Origin: Eledone cirrhosa
Taxonomy: Eukaryota
Assembly: GCA_964016885.1 (NCBI GenBank)
Contig: OZ024743.1
Span: 375,348,001 to 375,412,000 of the forward strand
Reading direction: 5' to 3'
Length of the DNA stretch: 64,000 nucleotides
This document shows positions 14,064 to 31,245 of the stretch, piece by piece. The notes beneath the pieces were generated by a model. That model was not told the DNA's origin and ran no database searches. It saw only the letters and a list, made by a program, of their open reading frames with translations. Made by a program: the position numbers and the translations under genes. The stretch's first letter is position 1, and each line of letters opens with the position of its first letter.

Positions 14064-16439
14064 GATCCACTCTACAAAATGTCCACACCACCACCAAGAC
14101 GCATCCACCCTACAAAATGTCCTCACAACCACCAAGACACATCCACTCTACAAAATCTCCACATCACCACCAAAATACATTCACTCTATAAAATGTCCAC
14201 ACCACCACAAAGACAGATCCACTCTACAAAATGACCACACCACCACCAAGACGCATCCACCCTACAAAATGTCCTCACAACCACCAAGACACATTCACTC
14301 TACAAAATGTCCTCACAACCACCAAGACACATTCACTCTACAAAATGTCTACACCACCACCAAGACACATTCACTCTATAAAATGTCCACACCACCACCA
14401 AGACACATTCAGTCTATAAATTGTCTACACCACAACAAGACACATTAACTCTATTAAATGTCCACCACACCATCAAGACACATTTACTCTATAAAATGTC
14501 CACACCACCACCAAGACACATTTACTCTATAATATGTCTACACCACCATCAAGACACATTCACTCTATAAAATATCCACACCACCATAAAGACACATCAA
14601 CCCTACAAAATGTCCGCACCACCACCAAGTCACATTTACTCTATAAAAGGTCTACATCACCATCAAGAAACATTGACTCTATAAAATGTCCACACCACCA
14701 ACAAGACACATCCACCATACAAAATGTCCACACCACCAGCAAGACACATTTATTCTATAAAATGTCTACACCACCACGAAGACACATCCACGCTACAAAA
14801 TGTCTTCACCACCACCAAGACACATCCACCCTACAAAATGTCTACACCACCACCAAGACACATTTACTCTATAAAATGTCTACACCACCACCAAGACACA
14901 TCCACCCTACAAAATGCCCACACCACCACAAAGACAGATCCACCCTACAAAATGTCTACACCACCACCAAGACACATTTATTCTATAAAATGTCCACACC
15001 ACCACCAAGACACATTAACTCTATAAAATGTCTACACCACCATCAAGACACATTCACTCTATAAAATGTCTACACCACCACCAAGACACATTTACTCTAC
15101 AAAATGTCCACACCACCACCAAGACACATTAACTCTATAAAATGTCTACACCACCATCAAGACACATTCACTCTATAAAATGTCTACACCACCACCAAGA
15201 CACATTTACTCTACAAAATGTCCACACCACCACCAAGACACATTAACTCTATAAAATGTCTACACCACCACAAGGACACAATCATTCTACAAAATGTCCA
15301 CACCACCATTAAGACACATTCATCCTACAAAATGTCCATACCAGCACCAAGACACATTCAACTCTACCAAATGTCCAGACCAGCACCAAAACACATCCAC
15401 CCTACAAAATGTCCACACCACCATCAAGACACATCCACCCTACAAAATGTCCACACCACCACCAAGAAACATCTACCATACAAAATGTCCACATCACCAC
15501 CAAGACACATCCACTCTACAAAATGCCCACACCACCATCAAGACACATCCGCCCTACAAAATGTCCACACCACCACCAAGACACATTTACTCCATAAAAT
15601 GTCCACACCACCACCAAGATACATTTACTCTACAAAATGTCCACATCACCACCAAGACACATTAACTCTATAAAATCTCTACACCAACATCAAGACACAT
15701 TAACTCTATAAAATGTCCACACCACCACCAAGACACATTCACACTATAAAATGTCTACACCACCACCAAGACACATTAACTCTATAAAATGTCTACACCA
15801 CCACCAAGACACATTAACTCTATAAAATGTCCACACCACAACCAAGACACATTAACTCTATAAAATGTTTACACCACCACCACGACACATTCACCCTACA
15901 AAATGTCTACACCACCACCAAGACACATTCACTCTATAAAATGTCCACACCACAACCAAGACACATTAACTCTATAAAATGTTTACACCACCACCAAGAC
16001 ACAATCACTCTACAAAATGTCCACACCCACACCAAGACGCATTTACTCTACAAAATAGCCACAGTACCACCAAGACACATCCACCCTACAAAATGTCCAC
16101 ACCACCACCAAGATACATCCCCCCTATAAAATATCCACACCACCACCAAGACACATCCACCCTACAAAATGTCCACATCACCACCTAGACAAAATCACTC
16201 TACAAAATGTCCACACCACCACCAAGACACATTATCTCTATAAAATGTCTACACCACCACCAAGACACATTAACTCTATAAAATGTCCACACCACCACCA
16301 AGAAACATTTACTCTATAAAATGTCCACACCACCACCAAGACACATCTACCCTACAAAATGTCCACACCACCACCAAGACACATTCACTCTACAAAATGT
16401 CCACACCACCACCAAGACACATTAACTCTATAAAATGTC

Positions 16440-19400
16440 TACACCACCACCAAGACACATTCACTATATAAAATGTCCACACCACCATCAAGACACATTC
16501 ACTCTATAAAATGTCCACACAACCACCAAGACACATTCACTCTTCAAAATGTCCACACCACCACCAAGACACATCGACGCTACAAAATGTCCTCACAACC
16601 ACCAAGACACATCCACTCTACAAAATGTCCACATCACCACCAAGACACATTCACTCTATAAAATGTCCACACCACCACAAAGACAGATCCACTCTACAAA
16701 ATGTCCACACCACCACCAAGACGCATCCACCCTACAAAATGTCCTCACAACCACCAAGACACATCCACTCTACAAAATCTCCACATCACCACCAAAACAC
16801 ATTCACTCTATAAAATGTCAACACCACCACAAAGACAGATCCACTCTACAAAATGACCACACCACCACCAAGACGCATCCACCCTACAAAATGTCCTCAC
16901 AGCCACCAAGACACATTCACTCTACAAAATGTCTACACCACCACCAAGACACATTCACTCTATAAAATGTCCACACCACCACCAAGACACATTCAGTCTA
17001 TAAAATGTCTACACCACAACAAGACACATTAACTCTATTAAATGTCCACCACACCATCAAGACACATTTACTCTATAAAATGTCCACACCACCACCAAGA
17101 CACATTTACTCTATAATATGTCTACACCACCATCAAGACACATTCACTCTATAAAATGTCTACACCACCATAAAGACACATCCACCCTACAAAATGTCCG
17201 CACCACCACCAAGTCACATTTACTCTATAAAAGGTCTACACCACCATCAAGAAACATTGATTCTATAAAATGTCCACACCACCAACAAGACACATCCACC
17301 ATACAAAATGTCCACACCACCAGCAAGACACATTTATTCTATAAAATGTCTACACCACCACGAAGACACATCCACGCTACAAAATGTCTTCACCACCACC
17401 AAGACACATCCACCCCACAAAATGTCTACACCACCACCAAGACACATTTACTCTATAAAATGTCTACACCACCACCAAGACACATCCACCCTACAAAATG
17501 TCCACACCACCACAAAGACAGATCCACCCTACAAAATGTCTACACCACCACCAAGACACATTTATTCTATAAAATGTCTACACCACCATCAAGACACATT
17601 CACTCTATAAAATGTCTACACCACCACCAAGACACATTTACTCTACAAAATGTCCACACCACCACCAAGACACATTAACTCTATAAAATGTCTACACCAG
17701 CACAAGGACACAATCACTCTACAAAATGTCCAGACCACCATTAAGACACATTCATCCTACAAAATGTCCATACCACCACCAAGACACATTCAACTCTACC
17801 AAATGTCCAGACCAGCACCAAAACACATCCACCCTACAAAATGTCCACACCACCATCAAGACACATCCACCCTACAGAATGTCCACACCACCACCAAGAC
17901 ACATCTACCATACAAAATGTCCACATCACCTCCAAGACACATCCACTCTACAAAATGCCCACACCACCATCAAGACACATCCGCCCTACAAAATGTCCAC
18001 ACCACCACCAAGACACATCCACTCTACAAAATGTCCACACCAGCACCAAGACACATTTACTCCATCAAATGTCCACACCACCACCAAGATACATTTACTC
18101 TACAAAATGTGCACATCACCACCAAGACACATTAACTCTATAAAATGTCCACACCAACATCAAGACACATTAACTCTATAAAATGTCCACACCACCACCA
18201 AGACACATTAACACTATAAAATGTCTACACCACCACCAAGACACATTAACTCTATAAAAGATCTACACCACCACCAAGACACATTAACTCTATGAAATGT
18301 TTACACCACCACCACGACACATTCACACTATAAAATGTCTACACCACCACCAAGACACATTCACCCTACAAAATGTCTACACCACCACCAAGACACATTC
18401 ACTCTATAAAATGTCCACACCACAACCAAGACACATTAACTCTATAAAATGTTTACACCACCACCAAGACACATTCACTCTATAAAATGTTTACACCACC
18501 ACCAAGACACATTCACTCTATAAAATGTCCACACCACAACCAAGACACATTCACCCTATAAAATGTCCACACCACCATCAAGACACATTCACTCTATAAA
18601 ATGTCCACACAACCACCAAGACACATTCACTCTTCAAAATGTCCTCACAACCACCAAGACACATCCACTCTACAAAATGTCCACATCACCACCAAGACAC
18701 ATTAACTCTATAAAATGTCTACACCACCACCAAGACACATTAACTCTATAAAATGTCTACACCATCACCAAGACACATTAACTCTATAAAATGTCTACAC
18801 CACCACCAAGACACATTAACTCTATAAAATGTCTACACCACCACCAAGACACATTCACTATATAAAATGTCCACACCACCACCAAGACACGTTCACTATA
18901 TAAAATGTCTACACCACCACCAAGTCACAATCACTCTATAAAATGTCCACACCACCACCAAGACACATTCACATTATAAAATGTCTACACCACCACCAAG
19001 ACACATTCACTATATAAAATGTCCACACCACCATCAAGACACATTCACTCTATAAAATGTCCACACAACCACCAAGACACATTCACTCTTCAAAATGTCC
19101 ACACCACCACCAAGACACATCGACGCTACAAAATGTCCTCACAACCACCAAGACACATCCACTCTACAAAATGTCCACATCACCACCAAGACACATTCAC
19201 TCTATAAAATGTCCACACCACCACAAAGACAGATCCACTCTACAAAATGTCCACACCACCACCAAGACGCATCCACCCTACAAAATGTCCTCACAACCAC
19301 CAAGACACATCCACTCTACAAAATCTCCACATCACCACCAAAACACATTCACTCTATAAAATGTCAACACCACCACAAAGACAGATCCACTCTACAAAAT

Positions 19401-21290
19401 GACCACACCACCACCAAGACGCATCCACCCTACAAAATGTCCTCACAGCCACCAAGACACATTCACTCTACAAAATGTCTACACCACCACCAAGACACAT
19501 TCACTCTATAAAATGTCCACACCACCACCAAGACACATTCAGTCTATAAAATGTCTACACCACAACAAGACACATTAACTCTATTAAATGTCCACCACAC
19601 CATCAAGACACATTTACTCTATAAAATGTCCACACCACCACCAAGACACATTTACTCTATAATATGTCTACACCACCATCAAGACACATTCACTCTATAA
19701 AATGTCTACACCACCATAAAGACACATCCACCCTACAAAATGTCCGCACCACCACCAAGTCACATTTACTCTATAAAAGGTCTACACCACCATCAAGAAA
19801 CATTGATTCTATAAAATGTCCACACCACCAACAAGACACATCCACCATACAAAATGTCCACACCACCAGCAAGACACATTTATTCTATAAAATGTCTACA
19901 CCACCACGAAGACACATCCACGCTACAAAATGTCTTCACCACCACCAAGACACATCCACCCCACAAAATGTCTACACCACCACCAAGACACATTTACTCT
20001 ATAAAATGTCTACACCACCACCAAGACACATCCACCCTACAAAATGTCCACACCACCACAAAGACAGATCCACCCTACAAAATGTCTACACCACCACCAA
20101 GACACATTTATTCTATAAAATGTCCACACCACCACCAAGACACATTAACTCTATAAAATGTCTACACCACCATCAAGACACATTCACTCTATAAAATGTC
20201 TACACCACCACCAAGACACATTTACTCTACAAAATGTCCACACCACCACCAAGACACATTAACTCTATAAAATGTCTACACCAGCACAAGGACACAATCA
20301 CTCTACAAAATGTCCAGACCACCATTAAGACACATTCATCCTACAAAATGTCCATACCACCACCAAGACACATTCAACTCTACCAAATGTCCAGACCAGC
20401 ACCAAAACACATCCACCCTACAAAATGTCCACACCACCATCAAGACACATCCACCCTACAGAATGTCCACACCACCACCAAGACACATCTACCATACAAA
20501 ATGTCCACATCACCTCCAAGACACATCCACTCTACAAAATGCCCACACCACCATCAAGACACATCCGCCCTACAAAATGTCCACACCACCACCAAGACAC
20601 ATCCACTCTACAAAATGTCCACACCACCACCAAGACACATTTACTCCATCAAATGTCCACACCACCACCAAGATACATTTACTCTACAAAATGTGCACAT
20701 CACCACCAAGACACATTAACTCTATAAAATGTCCACACCAACATCAAGACACATTAACTCTATAAAATGTCCACACCACCACCAAGACACATTAACACTA
20801 TAAAATGTCTACACCACCACCAAGACACATTAACTCTACAAAAGATCTACACCACCACCAAGACACATTAACTCTATGAAATGTTTACACCACCACCACG
20901 ACACATTCACACTATAAAATGTCCACACCACCACCAAGACACATTCACTCTATAAAATGTCCACACCACAACCAAGACACATTAACTCTATAAAATGTTT
21001 ACACCACCACCAAGACACATTCACTCTATAAAATGTTTACACCACCACCAAGACACATTCACTCTATAAAATGTCCACACCACAACCAAGACACATTCAC
21101 CCTATAAAATGTCCACACCACCATCAAGACACATTCACTCTATAAAATGTCCACACAACCACCAAGACACATTCACTCTTCAAAATGTCCTCACAACCAC
21201 CAAGACACATCCACTCTACAAAATGTCCACATCAGCACCAAGACACATTAACTCTATAAAATGTTTACACTACCACCAAGACACATTAAC
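16440..21290 (+). repeat. Tandem duplication of a 2,546/2,584-bp (67/68-monomer) higher-order unit
   Basis: Offsets 16473/19019, 17118/19664 and 18563/21109 = 2546 (67x38); 17650/20234 and 17841/20425 = 2584 (68x38). Ends are approximate. Confidence 0.88.
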
Positions 21291-24200
21291 TCTATAAAAT
21301 GTCCACACCACCACCAAGACACATTAACTCTATAAAATGTCCCCACCACCACCAAGACACATTAACTCTATAAAATGTCCACACCAGCACCAAGACACAT
21401 TAACTCTATAAAATGTTTACACTACCACCAAGACACATTAACTCTATAAAATGTCCACACCACCACTAAGACACATTAACTCTATAAAATGTTTACACCA
21501 CCACCAAGACACATTAACTCTATAAAATGTCCACACCACCAAGACACGTTCACACTATAAAATGTCTACACCACCACCAAGACACATTAACTCTATAAAA
21601 TGTCCACACCACCACCAAGACACATTAACTCTATAAAATGTCCACACCACCACCAAGACACATTAACTCTCTATAATGTTTACACCACCACCAAGACACA
21701 TTAACTCTATATAATGTTTACACCACCACCAAGACACATCCACCCTACAAAATGTCCACACCACCACAAAGACAGATCCACCCTACAAAATGTCTACACC
21801 ACCACCATGACACATTTACTCTATAAAATGGCCACACCGCCATCAAGACACATTCACTCTATAAAATGTCTACACCACCACCAAGACACATTTACTCTAC
21901 AAAATGTCCACACCACCACCAAGACACATTAACTCTATAAAATGTATACACCACCACCAAGACACAATCACTCTACAAAATGTCCACACCCACACCAAGA
22001 CGCATTTACTCTACAAAATATCCACAGTACCACCAAGACACATCCACCCTACAAAATGTCCACACCACCACCAAGATACATCCCCCCTATAAAATATCCA
22101 CACCACCACCAAGACACATCCACCCTACAAAATGTCCACATCACCACCAAGACACATTAACTCTATAAAATGTCCACACCACCATCAAGACACATTAACT
22201 CTATAAAATGTCTACACCACCACTAAGACACATTAACTCTATAAAATGTCCACACCACCACGAAGACACATTCAATCTATAAAATATCCACACCACCACC
22301 AAGACGCATTCACACTATAAAATGTCCAGACCAGCACCAAAACACATCCACCCTACAAAATGTCCACACCACCATCAAGACACATCCACCCTACAAAATG
22401 TCCACACCACCACCAAGACACATCTACCATACAAAATGTCCACATCACCACCAAGACACATCCACTCTACAAAATGCCCACACCATCATCAAGACACATC
22501 CGCCCTACAAAATGTCCACACCACCACCAAGACACATCCACTCTACAAAATGTCCACACCACCACCAAGACACATTTACTCCATAAAATGTCCACACCAC
22601 CACCAAGATACATTTACTCTGCAAAATGTCCACATCACCACCAAGACACATTAACTCTATAAAATGTCTACACCAACATCAAGACACATTAACTCTATAA
22701 AATGTCCACACCACCACCAAGACACATTAACACTATAAAATGTTTACACCACCACCAAGACACATTAACTCTATAAAATGTCTACACCACGACCAAGACA
22801 CATTAACTCTATAAAATGTCCACACCACAACCAAGACACATTAACTCTATAAAATGTTTACACCACCACCACGACACATTCACACTATAAAATGTCTACA
22901 CCACCACCAAGACACATTCACCCTACAAAATGTTTACACCACCACCAAGACACATTCACTCTATAAAATGTCCACACCACAACCAAGACACATCCACCCT
23001 ACAAAATGTCAACACCACCACTAAGTCACATTTCCTCTATAAAATGTCCACACCACCACCAAGACACATTAACTCTATAAAATGTCTACACCACCACCAA
23101 GACACATTAACCCTATAAAATGTCTACACCACCACCAAGACACATTAACTCTATATAATGTCTACACCACCACCAAGACACATTAACTCTATAAAATTTC
23201 TACACGACCACCAAGACACATTAACTCTATAAAATGTCTACGCCACCACCAAGACACATTAACTCTATAAGATGTCCACACCACAACGAAGACACATTAA
23301 TTCTATAAAATGTCTACACCACCATCAAGACACATTAACTCTATAAAATGTCCACACCACCATCAAGACACATTAACTCTATAAAATGTCTACACCACCA
23401 CTAAGACACATTAACTCTATAAAATGTTCACACCACCACGAAGACACATTAATTCTATAAAATGTCCACAACACCACGAAGTCACAATCACTCTATAAAA
23501 TGTCCACACCACCACCAAGACACATTCACACTATAAAATGTCTACACCACCACCAAGACACATTAACTATATAAAATGTCCACACCACCACCAAGACACA
23601 TTAACTCTATAAAATGTCCCCACCACCACCAAGACACATTAACTCTATAAAATGTCCACACCACCACCAAGACACATTAACTCTATAAAATGTCTACACC
23701 ACCACCAAGACACATTTACTCTACAAAATGTCTACACCACCACCAAGACACATTAACTCTATAAAATGTTCACACCACAACCAAGACACATTAACTCTAT
23801 AAAATGTCCACACCACCACCAAGACACATTCACTCTATAAAATGTCTACACCACCACCAAGACACATTTACTCTACAAAATGTCCACACCACCACCAAGA
23901 CACATTAACTCTATAAAATGTCCCCACCACCACCAAGACACATTAACTCTAGAAAATGTCCACACCAGCACCAAGACACATTAACTCTATAAAATGTTTA
24001 CACTACCACCAAGACACATTAACTCTATAAAATGTCCACACCACCACCAAGACACATTAACTCTATAAAATGTTTACACCACCACCAAGACACATTAACT
24101 CTATAAAATGTCCACACCACCAAGACACGTTCACACTATAAAATGTCTACACCACCACCAAGACACATTAACTCTATAAAATGTCCACACCACCACCAAG

Positions 24201-27200
24201 ACACATTAACTCTATAAAATGTCCACACCACCACCAAGAAACATTAACTCTCTATAATGTTTACACCACCACCAAGACACATAAACTCTATATAATGTTT
24301 ACACCACCACCAAGACACATCCACCCTACATAATGTCCACACCACCACAAAGACAGATCCACCCTACAAAATGTCTACACCACCACCAAGACACATTTAC
24401 TCTATAAAATGGCCACACCGCCATCAAGACACATTCACTCTATAAAATGTCTACACCACCACCAAGACACATTTACTCTACAAAATGTCCACACCACCAC
24501 CAAGACACATTAACTCTATAAAATGTATACACCACCACCAAGACGCATTTACATCCCCCCTATAAAATATCCACATCACCACCAAGACACATCCATCATA
24601 CAAAATGTCACAACCATCACCAAGACACATTCACTCTATAAAATGTCCACACCATCACCAAGACACATTTACTCTATAAATTGTCTACACCAGCACCACG
24701 ACACATTAACGCTATAAAATGTCTACACCACCACCAAGACACATTAACTCTATAAAATGTCCACACCAAGGCACATCCGCCCTACAAAATGTCCATACAA
24801 CCAACAACACACATTTACACTACAAAATGTCCACACAATCACCAAGACACATTCACTCTACAAAATGTCCACACCACCACCAAGACACATCAACCCTACA
24901 AAATGTCCAGACCACCACCAAGACACATTCACCTCACAAAAAGTCCACACCACCACCAAAACATATTCACTCTACCAAATGTCCACACCACCACCAGACA
25001 CATCCAGCCTACAAAATGTCCACACAACCACCAGACACATCCACCCTACAAAATGTCCATACCACCACCAAGACACATTCACTCTACAAAATGTCCACAC
25101 CACCACCAAGACACATTAACTCTATAAAATGTCCACACCACCACCAAGAAATATTTACTCTATAAAATGTCCACACCACCACCAAGACACATCTACCCTA
25201 CAAAATGTCCACACCACCACCAAGACACATTCACTCTACAAAATGTCCACACCACCACCAAGACACATCCACCCTACAAAATGTCCACACCACCACCAAG
25301 ACACATCCACCCAACAAAATGTCCACTCCACCACCAAGACACATTCACTCTACAAAATGTCCACACCACCACCAAGACACATCCATCCTACAAAATGTCC
25401 ACACCACCACAAAGACAGATCCACCCTACAAAATGTCTACACCACCACTAAGACACATTAATTCTCTAAAATGTCTACACCACATTCAAGACACATTCAC
25501 TCTATAAAATGTCTACACCACCATCAAGACACATCCACCCTACAAAGTGTCCACACCACCACCAAGACACATCCACCCTACAAAATGTTCACACCAACAC
25601 CAAGACACATCCACTCTACAAAATGCCCACACAACCACCAAGACACATTCACTCTTCAAAATGTCTACACCACCACCAAGACACATTAACTCCATAAAAT
25701 GTCCACACCACCACCAAGAAACATTTACTCTACAAATTGTCCACATCACCACCAAGACACATTAACTCTATAAAATGTCTACACCAACAACAAGACACAT
25801 TAACTCTATAAAATGTCCACACCACCACCAAGACACATTCACACTATAAAATATCTACACCACCACCAAGACACATTAACTCTATAAAATGTCTACACCA
25901 CCACCAAGACACATTAACTCTATAAAATGTCCACACCACAACCAAGACACATTAACTCTATAAAATGTTTACACCACCACCAAGACACATTCACACTATA
26001 AAATGTCTACATCACCACCAAGACACATTAACTCTATAAAATGTCTACACCACCACCAAGACACATTTACTCTACAAAATGTCTACACCACCACCAAGAC
26101 ACATTAACTCTATAAAATGTTCACACCACAACCAAGACACATTAACTCTATAAAATGTCCACACCACCACCAAGACACATTAACTCTTTAAAATGTTTAC
26201 ACCACCACCAAGACACATTCACACTATAAAGTGTCTACACCACCACCAAGACACATTCACCCTATAAAATGTCCACACCACCACCAAGACACATTCACTC
26301 TATAAAATGTCTACACCACCACGAAGACACATTAACTCTACAAAATGCCCACACAACCACCAAGACACATGAACTCCATAAAATGTCCACACCACCACCA
26401 AGATACATTTACTCTACAAAATGTTCAGATCACCACCAAGACACATTAACTCGATAAAATGTCTACACCAACATCAAGACACATTAACTCTATAAAATGT
26501 CCACACCACCACCAAGACACATTCACACTATAAAATGTCTACACCACCACCAAGACACATTAACTCTATAAAATGTCTACACCACCACCAAGACACATTA
26601 ACTCTATAAAATGTCCACACCACAACCAAGACACATTAACTCTATAAAATGTTTACACCACAACCAAGACACATTCACACTATAAAATGTCTAGACCACC
26701 ACCAAGACACATTCACCCTATAAAATGTCTACACCACCACCAAGACACATTAACTCTATAAAATGTCTACACCACCACCAAGACACATTCACTCTATAAA
26801 ATGTCCACACCACAACCAAGACACATTAACTCTATAAAATGTTTACACCACCACCAAGACACATTAACTCTATAAAATGTCTACACCACCACCAAAACAC
26901 ATTAACTCTATAAAATGTTCACACCACAACCAAGACACATTAACTCAATAAAATGTCCACACCACCACCAAGACACATTAACTCTTTAAAATGTTTACAC
27001 CACCACCAAGACACATTCACACTATAAAATGTCTACACCACCACCAAGACACATTCACCCTATAAAATGTCAACACCACCACCAAGACACATTAACTCTA
27101 TAAAATGTCTACACCACCACCAAGACACATTAACTCTATAAAATGTCTACACCACCACCAAGACACATTAACTCTATAAAATGTCTACGCCACCACCAGG

Positions 27201-30200
27201 ACACATTAACTCTATAAAATGTCCACACCACCACGAAGACACATTAATTCTATAAAATGTCTACACCACCACTAAGACACATTAACTCTATAAAATGTCC
27301 ACACCACCACCAGGACACATTAACTGTATATAATGTTTACACCACCACCAAGACATATTTATTCTATAAAATGTCTACACCACCACCAAGACACATCCAC
27401 CCTACAAAATGTCCACACCACCACAAAGACAGATCCACCCTACAAAATGTCTACACCACCACCAAGACACATTTACTCTATAAAATGGCCACACCGCCAT
27501 CAAGACACATTCACTCTATAAAATGTCTACACCACCACCAAGACACATTTACTCTACAAAATGTCCACACCACCACCAAGACACATTAACTCTATAAAAT
27601 GTATACACCAACACCAAGACACAATCACTCTACAAAATGTCCACACCCACACCAAGACGCATTTACTCTACAAAATATCCACAGTACCACCAAGACACAT
27701 CCACCCTACAAAATGTCCACATCACCACCAAGATACATCCCCCCTATAAAATATCCACACCACCACCAAGACACATCCACCCTGGAAAATGTCCACATCA
27801 CCAACAAGACACATCCACTCTACAAAATGCCCACACAACCACCAAGACACATTAACTCTATAAAATGTCCACACCACCACCAAGACACATTCACTCTATA
27901 AAATGTCTACACCACCTCCAAGACACATTAACTCTATAAAATGTCAACACCACCACCAAGACACATTAACTCTATAAAATGTCCACGCCACCACCAAGAC
28001 ACATTCACACTATAAAATGTCTACACCACCACCAAGACACATTAACTCTATTAAATGTCCACACCACAACCAAGACACATTAACTCTATAAAATGTCCAC
28101 ACCACCACCAAGACACATTAACTCTATAAAATGTCCACACCACAACCAAGACACATTAACTCTATAAAATGTCTACACCACCACCAAACACATTAACTCT
28201 ATAAAATGTCCACACCACAACCAAGACACATTAACTCTATAAAATGTCCACACCACAACCAAGACACATTAACTCTATAAAATGTCTACACCACCACCAA
28301 GACACATTCACTCTATAAAATGTCCACACCACCACCAAGACACATTCACTCTATAAAATGTACACACCACCACCAAGACACATTCACTTTATAAAATGTC
28401 CACACCACCATCAAGACACATCCCCACTGCAAAATGGCTACACCTCCACCAAGACACATCAACCCTACAAATTGTCTACACCACCACCAAGACACATTAA
28501 CTCTATAAAATGTCCACACCACCACCAAGACACATTAACTCTATAAAATGTCCACACCACCACCAAGACACATTAACTCTATAAAATGTCCACACCACAA
28601 CCAAGACACATTAACTCTATTAAATGTCCACACCACCACCAAGACACATTCAACTCTATAAAATGTCTACACCACCATCAAAACACATTTACTATGTAAA
28701 ATGTCCACACCACCACCAAGACACTTTCACTCTATAAAATGTCCACACCACCACCAAGACACTTTCACTCTATAAAATGTCCACACCACCACCAAGACAC
28801 ATTAACTCTATAAAATGTCCACACCACCACCAAGACACATTAACTCTATAAATGTTTACACCACCACCAAGACACATTAACTCTATAAAATCTCCACACC
28901 ACCACCAAGACACATTAACTCTATAAAATGTCCACACCACCACCAAGACACATTCACTCTATAAAATGTCTACACCACCACCAAGACACATTAACTCTAT
29001 AAAATGTCTACACCACCACCAAGACACATTAACTCTATAAAATGTCCACGCCACCACCAAGACACATTCACACTATAAAATGTCTACACCACCACCAAGA
29101 CACATTAACTCTATAAAATGTCTACACTACAACCAAGACACATTAACTCTATAAAATGTCCACACCACAACCAAGACACATTAACTCTATAAAATGTCCA
29201 CACCACAACCAAGACACATTAACTCTATAAAATGTGTACACCACCACCAAGACACATTCAACTCTATAAAATGTCTACACCACCATCAAAACACATTTAC
29301 TATGTAAAATGTCCACACCACCTCCAAGACACATTCACTCTATAAAATGTCCACACCACGACGAAGACACATTAACTCTATAAAATGTCCACACCACCAC
29401 CAACACACATTCACACTATAAAATGTCTACACCCCCACCAAGACACATTAACTCTATAAAACGTCCACACCACCACCAACACACATTCACACTATAAAAT
29501 GTCTACACCACCACCAAGACACATTCACTCTATAAAATGTCCACACCACCACCAAGACACATTAACTCTATAAAATGTCCACACGACCACCTAGACACAT
29601 TAATTCTATAAAATGTCTACACCACCATCAAGACACTTTAATTCTATATAATGTCTACACCACCACCAAGACACATTAACTCTATAAAATGTCTACACCA
29701 ACACCAAGACACATTAACTCTATAAAATGTCTACACCAACACCAAGACACATTAACTCTATAAAATGTCCACACCACCACCAAGACACATTAACTCTATA
29801 AAATGTCCACACCACCACCAAGACACATTAACTCTATAAAATGTTTACACCACCACCAAGACACATTAACTCTATAAAATGTCCACACCACCACCAAGAC
29901 ACATTCACTCTATAAAATGTCTACACCACCACCAAGACACATTAACTCTATAAAATATCTACACCACCACCAAGACACATTAACTCTATAAAATGTCCAC
30001 GCCACCACCAAGACACATTCACTCTATAAAATGTCTACACCACCACCAAGACACATTAACTCTATTAAATGTCCACACCACAACCAAGACACATTAACTC
30101 TATAAAATGTCTACACCACCACCAAGACACATTAACTCTATAAAATGTCAACACCACCACCAAGACACATTAACTCTATAAAATGTCCACACCACAACCA

Positions 30201-30779
30201 AGACACATTAACTCTATAAAATGTCCACACCACAACCAAGACACATTAACTCTATAAAATCTCTACACCACCACCAAGACACATTCACTTTATAAAATGT
30301 CCACACCACCATCAAGACATATCCCCCCTACAAAATGTCTACACCACCACCAAGACACATTAACTCTATAAAATGTCAACACCACCACCAAGACACATTA
30401 ACTCTATAAAATGTCCACACCACAAGCAAGACACATTAACTTTATAAAATGTCCACACCACAACCAAGACACATTAACTCTATAAAATGTCTACACCACC
30501 ACCAAGACACATTCAACTCTATAAAATGTCTACACCACCATCAAAACACATTTACTATGTAAAATGTCCACACCACCTCCAAGACACATTCACTCTATAA
30601 AATGTCCACACCACCACCAAGACACATCCCCCCTACAAAATGTCTACACCGCCACCAAGACACATCAACCCTACAAATTGTCTACACCACCACCAAGACA
30701 CATTCACTCTATAAAATGTCCACACCACCACCAAGACACATTCAACTCTATAAAATGTCTACACCACCACCAAGACACA

Positions 30780-31245
30780 TTAACTCTATAAAATGTCCAC
30801 ACCCCCACCAAGACACATTAACACTATAAAATGTCCACACCACCACCAAGACACATTCACTCTACAAAATGTCTACACCACCACCAAGACACATTCACTC
30901 TATAAAATGTCCACAGCACCAAGACACATTAACTCTATAAAATGTCCACACCACCACCAAGACACATTAACACTATAAAATGTCCACACCACCACCAAGA
31001 CACATTCACTCTACAAAGTATCTACACCACCACCAAGACACATTAACTCTATAAAATGTCCACACCACCATCAAGACACATTCACCCTATAAAATGTCCA
31101 CACCACCACCAAGACACATTCACTCTACAAAATGTCTACACCACCACCAAGACACATTCACTCTATAAAATGTCCACAGCGCCAAGACACATTAACTCTA
31201 TAAAATGTCCACACCACCACCAAGACACATTAACTCTATAAAATG
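30780..31245 (+). repeat. 263-bp local duplication (7 monomers, one lacking a CCA triplet)
   Basis: ORFs 30793/31056 are offset by 263 = 7x38-3. Both contain a 35-bp monomer (ccacagcaccaag / ccacagcgccaag). Confidence 0.78.
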
